This document shows, one piece after another, positions 42,228 to 64,000 of a stretch of 64,000 nucleotides of DNA (positions within the stretch are counted from its first letter, which is position 1; each line of letters starts with the position of its first letter). The translations under genes were made by a program, and so were the position numbers. The stretch is from the human T2T-CHM13v2.0 reference genome, Homo sapiens. Under the pieces are notes generated by a model. The model saw only the letters and a list, made by a program, of their open reading frames with translations, had not been told where the DNA came from and ran no database searches. Where the stretch lies: NCBI RefSeq assembly GCF_009914755.1, contig NC_060928.1; one strand, given 5' to 3'.

Positions 42228-42273
42228 AAACCAAAGATCTCTTGTGTGAGTCATCCTTTTAACAATCTTGTCA

Positions 42274-42456
<183 letters not shown>

Positions 42457-42889
42457 TCAGCTACTCGGGAGGCTAAGGCAGAAGAATCACTTGAACCCGG
42501 GAGGCCTCAGGTTGCAGTGAGCAGAGATCTCGCCACTGCACTCCAGCCTGGATGACAAAGCAAGACTCCGTCTCCAAAAAACAAAAAAAGACAGCAGGTC
42601 CTGCAGCACTTGCCTTGCCTCCTGAGCGTGAGTGCCTTCTTAAATTCTACATGTAGGAACTCACTCACTTTACCCTAATCCCAGCCTTGAAACGAAGGTA
42701 CCATAACTCCCATTTTCTAAAAGAAAATCAAACCCAAGCAAACTGAATCACTGACTAAAAGTGTTATTGGGCATCTGTGAGATGCTGAAGACTGAGCAAC
42801 AAATAGCAAATAAGACATTATACCTGACAACATGCATACAGTTTCCTGGAGGACGTAGGCAAACAGGCAATTACAACCTAATGTTGTGA

Positions 42890-43095
42890 CAGGGTAGAGA
42901 AAAGCACTGGATCTGGAGTCAGACTGCCTGGATGAGAAGCATAGCTCCACCACTTCCATGTGACCTTGGCCAAGGGGATAATAATGAAATAATGATCCCT
43001 ACCTCACAGTACTGTGAAAGATGAAATTAGTTATTATATATGAAGCATTTAGAACACTGGTGTGGCATGTAGGTATCTAAGTATTTATTATTATG
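42890..43095 (+). mobile_element. MIR fragment
   Basis: ctggagtcagactgcctgg..tgtgaccttggccaag..cctacctcacag..aagcatttagaaca. Confidence 0.7.
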
Positions 43096-43291
43096 ATGGT
43101 GATGATGATGCAGTATAGGTAAGCACAGAGAAAGTGTGTGTGTATACATATCTACATCTCTAGAGGAAGGGAATCGCGTGGGAAGGCTTCCTGGAAGAAG
43201 CCTACTCTGAGCTGAATGCTCAAAGTTAACCTGCTGAAGTCAATATCCTCATATGTCAAATAATGTCTATCTTACAACATCATTGTGAGAA

Positions 43292-44160
<869 letters not shown>

Positions 44161-44447
44161 TCCTCAGAATTTAATTTGATAAAGTACATAAAATATCTAG
44201 TACAAGGCATAACTTTTTCTAAGGACCTTTTGAATCTTTAAAGGAAATATTAACACAAAGACTGAGCTGTTTTCAACTAAAACTTACACTTTTATCTGAA
44301 TCAAAAGGCCTGCCTGACAACCTGGTTTTAAACGCAGTCCTCAATGGTTTCAAAAGTGGCAGGTCAGACCTGAAAGCCAGCCTCCCTCCCAAACGGTTTT
44401 GGGCTTCACTGTATTAGTAGAAACAGTAGAAGTGGTTTGCTACTTAC

Positions 44448-44491
44448 CGTTCTATATTTTGAAAACAGACCAAATTGAGGGATCAGAGAGG
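44448..44491 (-). CDS. SPINK2: SPINK2 exon 2 (A-SLIPQFGLFSKYRT, 44 nt)
   Basis: Acceptor TTCTTACAG| before 44491, donor ACG|GTAAGT after 44448; phase 1 in, phase 0 out. Confidence 0.97.
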
Positions 44492-45369
44492 CTGTAAGAA
44501 GAAAGCATAGACATTTTACAGTATAGGATCAAGGTAAGGTATTGTTCATGAAGTTTTTTTTTTTTTAAAATGAAGTCTTGCTATGTTGCCCAGGCTGGTC
44601 TTGACCTCCCGGGCTTAAGCGATCTTCCTGCCTAGGCCTCCCAAAGTGCTGGAATTTGAGGCATTAGGCACCACATCCAGCTTCATAAGGATGTTTTAAA
44701 ATCCAGTTTGGGATTTATCCAGGCCACATCTTCTATTTCCCCCTCTAATGCCTACCTTCTTTAAACTGTCCCCATCCCACTTCCCCCAGAAAGGATATTC
44801 AGTTTTTTATGGCACCTCTCCCCAAAAGCACATAGAAATAACATTTGGTTCTGTTCCCATTAGGGTTGGTTGAGAAAGGACTTTGAAGCTATGGAATAAA
44901 AGTCGCGCTAGCGCACTGCAGCTTCAATTCCTGGTCTCAAGCGAGCCTCCCGCCTCAACCTCCGGAGTAACTGGGACTACCGGCCCAAGCCACTACACCT
45001 GGCCAAGGAAGTAACCCTTAATTAATAGTTCATGATGTTATTTTCCTTTGCAACTCGGGGTAACAAATACAAAATTTAATATAAGATGTGAGCATTTTAA
45101 CTCCATTTTAAGAGAGGTGTCCAGTGTGGTTGGACTAAAGCCCCTTTCTCGTAAGCATCCACAATTCCTCATTCCTGCACATCTCCTCCCTTGGGACCAT
45201 ACATAAAAACTCAACTCCTCATCTTGGGCACCTGAAAATCTACTTTAACAGAGAAAGCGCTCTAGATGGCAGGTGTCCTTAGAGCTGGGAGCGAAGCCCA
45301 AGCAAGAACTAAAGAGGGTGGCTGACTCCACAAAGCCACCCCCACAACCCCCAGTTCGCGTTCCTCCAC

Positions 45370-45574
45370 CTGGCAGGTCCTCTGGGGAACCGCCAGTAAC
45401 GGGCGCGCGGGTACCGTCGCCGAGGCCGCCCGGAGCAGGGCAGGGTCCGCCGCCGGTCTGACTCCCAAACCCGCTTTTCTCCGGAGGTCCCCGCTCGCCA
45501 GGACCGCTCCGAGCGCTACCTGCGAAGGTAACTGCCAGGAGCAGCAGCGCCAAGCGCAGCACCGACAGCGCCAT
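45370..45574 (-). CDS. SPINK2: Extended alternative exon 1 of SPINK2 (+50 aa Gly/Pro-rich insert, 134-aa isoform)
   Basis: Frame stays open to CCA G|GTGGAG at 45370, 150 nt beyond the canonical donor and in the same phase; matches my recollection of an annotated longer isoform. Confidence 0.7.
45520..45574 (-). CDS. SPINK2: SPINK2 coding exon 1 (signal peptide MALSVLRLALLLLAVTFA, 55 nt)
   Basis: ATG at 45574-45572; hydrophobic signal peptide matching the SPINK2 N-terminus; donor CAG|GTAGCG after 45520, phase 1. Confidence 0.97.
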
Positions 45575-46114
45575 CCTCCTCCCGCGCCGGCTGTCTTGCC
45601 CCTGCGGTCTGTTACCTGCGCCACTCGCAGGGAGCGCTCGTGCGACGGGGCGCGGGGAGGGCGGGGGAAGGGGCGGGGCGAGAATGGGAGGAAAAGCAGC
45701 GGTAGGTGGCGAGGGAAGAGGGGCGGCGGGAAGAGGAGCGGCGGGAAGAGGAGCCGTGAAGGGTCGGGGGAGAACCGGAAAGGGCTGGGAAGGAGAAAGG
45801 TAGAAGGACGGGGGAGGGGGCCATGGGGAAGGAGGGGCGAGGGAGATAGAGGAAGGGGCAGTTGTTCCCCAACACCTTCCCCTCCCCCCGAGGAGACGAA
45901 GGGGAAGACCTCTCCCTCCGACATACAAGAACCTGTGACAGTCCTAGGGGGACCCTTGTGGAGCTCTTGGGAGCTCTGTCAATCAACACCTATTTCTTAA
46001 GCATGTACTAAGTCCCAGATAGTGTTTCGTTGCTGAAGACACAGCCCTGACCTCGACAAAGGAGGTCCTTGCTCTCAGGAAGCGTTCTGCCTTTCCCTCT
46101 TTTAATATATTTTT

Positions 46115-46775
<661 letters not shown>

Positions 46776-47001
46776 AATAATTTTTGCCAAAGAGGCTGAG
46801 CAAGTTAGTGCATTAAGGCCAGGCGTGGTGGCTCACGCCTCTAATCCCAGCACTTTGGGAGGCTGAGCCTGGTGGATCACTTGAGCTCAAGAGTTTGAGA
46901 GGAGCCTGGGCAACAGGGCAAAACCCCGTCTCTAAAAAAAGTACAAAAATTAGCCAGGTGTGGCCATTGAGCTGAGATTGAGCTACTGCGCTCCAGCCTC
47001 A

Positions 47002-47401
<400 letters not shown>

Positions 47402-48939
47402 TTATCAGTAAGGGTCCAGTCTGGAAAACACAAGGTTTACTAGGTATTTCACCAGAGATAATTTAGTATAAGGAATTGGCTAATCCAGTAGGGATAACTG
47501 AAAAAAGCAGAAAGGGAAAACGAGGTAACACAGAGATAAAGCCTTTAGGAAGTAGGCATCATGCCTCGATCTAGGGGAACAAACGGATTAGGTTGGGATT
47601 CTCAGAACTAGAAATTTGGAGGAGAGGTCCTGGAAAGCTGGGACTCAGACCCATGGGAAGGGGGTGTTGCTTGGATATGCAGGTGGCTCTAAGAGTGTGT
47701 GGAAAAGCTGAAGACTGGAGCCAGGTGCAGTGGCTCACACCTGTAATCCCAGCACTTTGGGAGGTTGAGGTGGGTGGGTCACTTGAGGTCGGGAGTTCGA
47801 GACCAGCCTGGCCAACATGGTGAAACCTTGTCTCTACTAAAAAATATAAAACTTAGCTGGACATGGTGCCATACTCCTGTAATCCCAGGTTCATGAGAAT
47901 CTCTTGAACCTAGGAGGTGGAGGTTGTGGTGAGCAAAGCACACCACTGCACTCCAGCCTGGGCAACAGAGTGAAACTCTGTCTCAAAAAAAAAAAAAAAA
48001 AATGCTGGAGACTGGAGCCAGCTGATTCTATCAGAGTGATGAAGAGTCATTGCTGTGGCACTGCTGAAAGAAACAGCCAGCAGGCAGGAGCCAGTCCCTT
48101 CTCCCTCCTCCTGCCTTCCGGTGTCCCCCTGACAGACCCTATGGGCATAACCTTCTGGAAGCCAGCTGAAAAAGCAGAAATGAGGTCTGCTGAGACCTGG
48201 CACCACATAGCAGAGTGTAGAAGGGGGTTGTAGAGCTGATGGAGAATCATCTTATGACTGGCATGTTCCCATGCCCACCCTTGACCTTAGCAACCTCAAA
48301 GGCTGGAACAAGAAGACACTGTGCAGTTTTTAACTCCACTTGGCACCACACATGGCTGAGTTCTGGCTGGAATCCTGTCTGAGGCCAAGGGGTAAATTTG
48401 AAATGAGTGTTAGTACTTCTCTAAGTCACATCACATTCAGTTCTTTGAATAACAGTCATGAAATGGTCATGGGTCATTTTGCTGAAGATTCTTATCAAGG
48501 ATTGATAAAATATAATTTATATATAAAGCTTTTCTCAACTGTGCTGGATGTCTGTTACCAAATGACATGTGCACTTGCTTACAAACACCTTTGATGCTCT
48601 GGGAACACAAATCTGACCCAGACTCAGGGGCAATGCTCAGAGGTGTGTGAGTAGGAATTTCAGCTTCAAAAGAAAAGCCATTTACCCCTCAAGATAGATT
48701 TTTTATAAATTTATGTGTGTGGATACAGCTGCCTTTAGGTTATTTTGTTTCAAAGAGTTGACACTGACTGGCAGGGTGGCTCATGCCTGTAATCCCAGCA
48801 CTTTGGGAGGCAGAGGCGGGCAGATTGTTTGAGCCCAGGAGTTGGAGACCAACCTGGGCAACATGACAAAACCCTGTCTCTAAAAAAATACAAAAATTAG
48901 CCTGGTGTGGTGGCGCGCACCTGTAGTCCCAGCTACTTA

Positions 48940-49077
<138 letters not shown>

Positions 49078-49138
49078 TTAGAAATATTTTCTATCATGGT
49101 GCTTTTCACATGTTGTCTCAGCATTTGTGAGCCAAGAA

Positions 49139-52880
<3,742 letters not shown>

Positions 52881-53369
52881 AAGCCAAACATACCCAAAAA
52901 ATGGCCATGCAGACCACTGGCATGTTTGTTAGAGGGTAAAACCAGGTGCAAGCTAAGAGATCTGTTTTGTGGTTAATCCCTGTGGTTTGGTTTTTAGTCA
53001 TTTTTTAGGTATTCATTGCTGCTTAGGTCACCATAGCTCAAAATGAATAAAAAATTGATAAAGTGTCTAGACAATTTAGGCAAAAGAAATTTTTTTTTTC
53101 AGTCTTATTATCTTGTCACTACATTAAAAATCATGTTTTTTATCATGAATTATCTAGCTAATTCTGCCTATAGAAGTCTGACTTTCAACTTTAGTTTTCT
53201 GTCAATTCCTGCTGCTCCCCTTGTCATCATAGGGGCCTAGAGAGGAGCTTTCACTGTTTCTCATGCTACAGCCTACTGAGATCTTATTACTAACCCCATC
53301 AAAGCATATTATCCAATACCTGTTTAATAATCAATTCTAGGCTTTTGAAATGCAGCCATAGGCATAAAA

Positions 53370-56790
<3,421 letters not shown>

Positions 56791-57692
56791 AAGTGAAGCT
56801 CTGAAAAGTATCTATAGAATCTGAATAGTAAAGGGACATAATTCTTTTTTTCTTTTTTTTTTTGAGACAGAGTCTCGCTCTGTCCACAGGCTGGAGTGAA
56901 GTGGTGTGATCTTGGCTAACTGCAATCTCTGCCTTTCGGGTTCAAGTTATTCTCCTGCCTCAGGCTCCCAAGTAGCTGGGACTACAGGTGCACACCACCA
57001 TGCCCAGCTAATTTTTGTATTTTTAGTAGAGATGGGATTTTACCATGTTGGCCAGGATGGTCTCGATCTCTTGACCTCATGATCCACCTGTGTTGGCCTC
57101 CCAATGTGCTGGGATTACAGACGTGAGCCACCGCGCCCGGCCTTCGTTTTTTTGGGTTTTGTTGTTGTTTTTGTTGTTTTGAGATGGAGTCTCTCTCTGT
57201 TCCCCAGGCTGGAGTGCAGTGGCACAATCTCGGCTCACTGCAACCTCCACTTCCCGGGTTCAAGCAATTCTCATCATGCCTCCGCCTCCCGAATAGGTGA
57301 GACTATAGGCCTGTGCCACCACACCTGGCTAATTTTTGTATTTTTAGTAAAGATGAGGTTTCACCATGTTGGCTTGACCTCAAGTGATTCCCCTTCCTTG
57401 GCCTCCCAAAGGGCTGGAATTACAGGCATGAGCCACTGTGCCCGGCCATAAAGGTATATAATTCAAAATATTCTGAGCATACAGATTCTCTTTTCCTTCT
57501 TTAACATCATCATGATTTAAATGAACCTGAGTAATTAATGCTGATCTAGTAAATCGTAGTGGCCTTAAGTCTAAGTATTGAGAATAGGTAATTTTAGCCG
57601 GGTGCGGTGGCTCAGGCCTGTAATCCCAGCACTTTGGGAGGCCGTAGGCAGTAGGATCACCTGAGGTCAGAAGTTTGAGACCAGCCTGACTA

Positions 57693-57887
<195 letters not shown>

Positions 57888-58667
57888 TCAAAAAAAAAAA
57901 AAAAAAAAAAAGAATAGGTAATTTTATTATATTCTACAATGAAGGGCAATTTAAACATAATGTAATTTAATGTTTAGACATTTGTGAAACTTTCAACTAA
58001 AAGATTCCCAAGTTTCTATGAGAAAAATTAAAACAACTTTTGTCAGAGTAGGCAGTAGGCATCCCAATTATTTTACAAAATATGCTCACCATAAACAAAA
58101 CAATTATATGACTTAGAATTACATGTTAATATAACCTTTCTTGCCCTGCTTTCTACAAGGTATTGTGAAATTATGTGTTCTGGGTATTTTTGACTTGTAT
58201 GTGCTTCTGATTAGCTGGAAAACAGCTAGGAAAATACAGTGGTCAAAACATAGAATTTGGCTAGGTGTTCTAATCCCAGCACTTTGGGAGGCGGAGATGG
58301 GAGGATCGCTTGAGGCCAGGATTTGAGACTAACCTGGGCAACATTGTGAGAGTCCCATCTCTACAAAAAATTAAAAGACAAGCCTAATTCAATATGGTTT
58401 TCCTTACCATTCAGCTCTGTGATGTAGATAGAAACTTTCCCCTGAAGCTAACCTAATTCAAATTCAATTGTGGATCAAGTTGGCAACCCAACATGTATGC
58501 TCCATATTGCCTCTGGCACCAAGTTTAAACATTTAAGAAAAATTATCCGGCCAGGCGCGGTGGCTCAAGCCTGTAATCCCAGCACTTAGGGAGGTCAAGG
58601 TGGGTGGATCACGAGGTCAGGAGATCGAGACTATCCTGGCTAACACAGTGAAACCCCATCTCTACTA

Positions 58668-58979
<312 letters not shown>

Positions 58980-59432
58980 TCAAGCAATTCTCCTGCCTCA
59001 GCCTCCTGAGTAGCTGGAACTACAGGCACATACCACCACGCCCAGCTAATTTTTTGTATTTTTATTAGAGATAGGGTTTCACCATGTTGGTCAGGATGGT
59101 CTCGATCTCTCGACCTTGTGATCTGCTCGCCTTGGCCTCCCAAAGTGCTGGAATTACAGGCGTGAGCCACCGCGCCCGGCCCAAATATGTCCTTTCAAAG
59201 TCATACTAGAGTACTGTCTAAAAGGCCGGCATGGAAGTTGTCTGATTGTAGAGGAAGTCATTTCATTTCATTTATTTACCATTGATAGGGTCCGGAGTCT
59301 GTAAAGTTAGATGTTAGCTTATGGAAAATAAGTGGCAAATGATTTTGTTGGGTAGAAAAGATATCTCCAGGCCAGGTGCGGTGTCTCACGCCTGTAATCC
59401 CAGCACTTTGGGAGGCCGAGGCGGGTGGATCA

Positions 59433-59719
<287 letters not shown>

Positions 59720-59969
59720 TTAAGCAGTGTTATATTTCATATTGCAGTCTTATCCCAGCATTCTTTTTCCCACTGACTATATATTTACCAGTCTCCCCTA
59801 TCTTTCTTCTTTTGCCGGTTCCCTGATGATTAGTTAAATAAGAAGGGTAAATAAGAGGCTAGCTTGCCTAGCAGATAGAGAAAGGGGCATTTCTGACTTG
59901 GGAAGACCAGCATGTGCAAAGGCGAGCGTGACTCCTTTAGAGAATTCCAAGAGACTCCATGTGGCTAAA

Positions 59970-60105
59970 GCAGTTCTTCTCAAACTTTGATGTCCATATG
60001 AATCACTCAGATTCAGTGAGTCTAGGGCGAGGCCCAGAATTCCACCTGTCTACAAGCTCCCAGGTTAAGCTGCTGCTGCTTGTCTTTGGACCATACTTTG
60101 AGTAA
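59970..60105. mobile_element. MER5A-like hAT transposon
   Basis: ttctcaaactttga..gaatcac..gattcagt..acaagctcccagg..ggaccatactttgagta. Confidence 0.6.
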
Positions 60106-60338
60106 AAAGGGGGTAGGGTTAAAGCACTTCCAAAGATGTGCACATCCAAAAATGAAGATGGGGCCAGGCACATTAGCTCATGCCTGTAATCCCAGCACTT
60201 TGAGAGGCCGAGGCGGGCAGATCACTTGAGTCCAGGAGTTTGAGACCAGCCTGGCCAATATAGTGAAACCCTGTTTCTACTAAAAATACAAAAAGTTAAC
60301 CAGGCATATTAGTACAAACCTGTAGTCCCAGCTACTCA

Positions 60339-60545
<207 letters not shown>

Positions 60546-60724
60546 TCACAATCCACATCAAACAAAAATATTTCTAAGCTCAAGCAGGTAGTTCATGCAT
60601 TTGAAATCGTACAAAAACTCCAACCACATTTCAATATAGTCACAAAAACAAGACCAGTTAAGTCATTTCCTAAAAATGTACGTTCTCCAGCAGCTAGTAG
60701 AGCTAAGCTGGTTTTGGCGATGTC

Positions 60725-60741
60725 TACTGCCATCTAGTGGA
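60725..60741 (-). promoter_or_regulatory. Candidate CTCF site
   Basis: Reverse complement TCCACTAGATGGCAGTA matches the core CCASYAGRKGGCR, in a unique non-repeat island. Confidence 0.65.
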
Positions 60742-60975
60742 AATGGATTGACATAACTAGTGCATCATTTAGTGGTAAAGCTTTCAAATTAAAGTTTTCA
60801 AAGTTCTCTCATTTTATCTCCACAGTAACCTGTGAAATAGACATTGTTATTCAGTTTGTTTTAACTTATTAAAAAATTTAAGGCAGGGCACAGTGGCTCA
60901 CGCCTGTAATCCCAGCACTTTGGGAGGGGAATTCGAGACCAGCCTGATCAACATGGCGATACCCTGTCTCTACTA

Positions 60976-61134
<159 letters not shown>

Positions 61135-61360
61135 TCAAAAAATAATAATAATAATAAAATAAAAATAAAAAAATTTTCAGGCCGGGCGCGGTGGCTCGCG
61201 CCTGTAATCGCAGCAATTTGGGAGGCTGAGGCAGGCAGATCACTTGACCTCAGGAATTCAAGACCGGCCTGGCCAACATGGTGAAACTGCTTCTCTACTA
61301 AAAATATAAAAATTAGCCAGGTGTGGTGGCGCAAACCTGTGGAGGCGCAAGCCTCAGCTA

Positions 61361-61642
<282 letters not shown>

Positions 61643-61645
61643 TCA

Positions 61646-61948
<303 letters not shown>

Positions 61949-62979
61949 TCATGTCAGGTGCTTGTAATCCCAGCTACTCAGGAGGCTGAGGCAGGAGAAT
62001 TGCTTGGACCTGGGAGGCGGAGGTTGCAGTGGGCTGAGAACAGGACACTGCGTTCCAGCCTGGGTGACAGCAGGACTCTGTCTCAAAAAAAAAAAACCTT
62101 CGTATTAGGCCAGGCGTGGTGACTTATACTTGTAATCCCAGCATTTTACGAGGCCAAGGCAGGAGGATGCTTGAGGCCAGGAGTTTGAGACCAGCCTGGG
62201 CAATATAGCATGACCCTGTTTCTACAAAAAAAAAATTTTTTTTTTAATTAGCTGGGTGGAGTGTCTGTAGTCTAGCTACTCAGGAGGTTGAGGCAGGAGG
62301 ATCACTTGAACCCAGGAAGTCAACATCAGCCTGGGCAACGTAGCAAGACCCTATCTTACAAAAAAACTTTTTTTGGCTGAGTGGGGTGGCTCACCCCTGT
62401 AATCTCAGCACTTTGGGAGGCCCAGGCAAGCAGATCACTTGAGGTCAGGAGTTCAAGACCAGCCTGGCCAACATGGTGAAACCCCATCTCTAGTAAAAAT
62501 ACAAAAAGTTAGCTGGGCGTGGTGACACATGCCTGTGATCCCAGCTACTCAGGAAGCTAAAGCAGAGAATTGCTGGAACCTGGGAGGCAGAGGCTGCAGT
62601 GAGCCGAGATCATGCCACTGCACTCCAGCCTGGGAGACAGAGCAAGACTCCAACTCAAAAAAAAAAAAAAAAAAAATTAACGCTTCATATTATCAAGCAC
62701 TTATTATAAGCACTGTACATGAATGATCTAATTTATTCTCCATTACAATCTAATATGGTAAGTATTATCTGGTTTATTATTCCCACTTACAGATAAGAAG
62801 CCAAGACTTAGAGAATTTTAAGAAGAATGCTGAAAGTCCAGCAGCTAGTAAAGTGGGAGCATCAGGGTCAAAGTAGGGGATCCTACAAGGCATGTATCGT
62901 TAACATAAGTTATAACCAACATCACAAAATGTGTCAGACATTCTCCTAAGCAGTTTGTTTATAGGTATCAGCTAATTTA

Positions 62980-63434
<455 letters not shown>

Positions 63435-64000
63435 TTAGCTGGGCGTGGTAGCACCTGTCTGTGGTCCCAGCTACTCTGGAGGCTGAGGATCACCCGAACC
63501 CGGGAATTTGAGGCTGCAGCGAGCCATGATCGCACCACTGCATCCAGGCTGGGTGACGGGAATGAGACCGTCTCAAAAAACAAAAACAAAACCAAAAAGG
63601 TATGAAGTATGTATAATTATTATTCCCATTTTATAGATCAAGAAACCAAGAGGAGTTAAGCAAGATATTCAAGGTCACCAACTAGTGAAAAGCATAGCCA
63701 GAATTGGAATCCAGGAAGTTTAATTCTAGGGCCTATGTTCTCAACCAGTAAGCAATTTTTTAAAAAGTTATTATAACTTGGGCCAGGCGCGGTGGCTCAT
63801 GCCTGTAATCCCAGTGTTTTGGGAGGCCAAGGTGGAAGGACTTTAAGACCAGCCTGGGCAACATAGTGAGACCCCCATCTCTATAAAAAATATGTATTTT
63901 TAAATAGCTGGACATGGTAGCACATGCCTGTAGTCCTAGCACTTTGGGAGGCTGAAGCAGGCAGATCACTTGAGCTTGGGAGTTCAAGACCAGCCTGAGC

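Larger units (their letters stand above)
45330..45900 (-). promoter_or_regulatory. SPINK2 CpG-island, GC-box promoter
   Basis: High GC and retained CpG over exon 1 and upstream; GGGGCGGGG/GGGCGG SP/KLF boxes at about 45655-45680; no obvious TATA box. Confidence 0.85.

Noticed and set aside
44492-44494. Possible pathogenic exon-2 acceptor change (c.56-3 position)
   Set aside because: The acceptor reads normal CAG, and the CDS is intact with six cysteines
45245-45928. 227-aa ORF as a single-exon protein
   Set aside because: It starts at TTG in GC-rich promoter DNA and reads through the exon-1 donors; only the part from ATG 45574 to a donor is supported
45262-46000. Overlapping ORFs of 220, 134 and 125 aa at the promoter
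   Set aside because: Stop-codon depletion in low-complexity GC-rich DNA explains them; no recognisable domain

Overview
Human-type (primate) genomic DNA, extremely rich in Alu elements. It holds one complete protein-coding gene, SPINK2 (Kazal-type serine peptidase inhibitor 2), on the minus strand. SPINK2 has 4 exons, CDS 45574->34050, 84 aa, assembled from the sequence with GT-AG junctions and consistent phases. From prior knowledge this is the 4q12 locus between HOPX and REST. The rest is mostly transposon-derived: roughly a hundred Alus by eye, L1 fragments, a complete THE1A MaLR provirus, MLT1, MER34-like and MER21-like LTRs, MER DNA transposons, two 7SL retrocopies and a Y3 RNA retrocopy. 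Nearly all ORFs in the supplied track are Alu, L1 or LTR artefacts. I see no evidence for a wholly new gene system. The best leads are competing splice donors around SPINK2 exon 1 (one lies upstream of the ATG), inverted Alus bracketing exon 3, apparent gene conversion between adjacent inverted Alus, a four-level transposon nest with a DUX4 motif, and motif-rich unique islands. Repeat subfamily calls are by eye from remembered consensus sequences and need RepeatMasker/Dfam confirmation.
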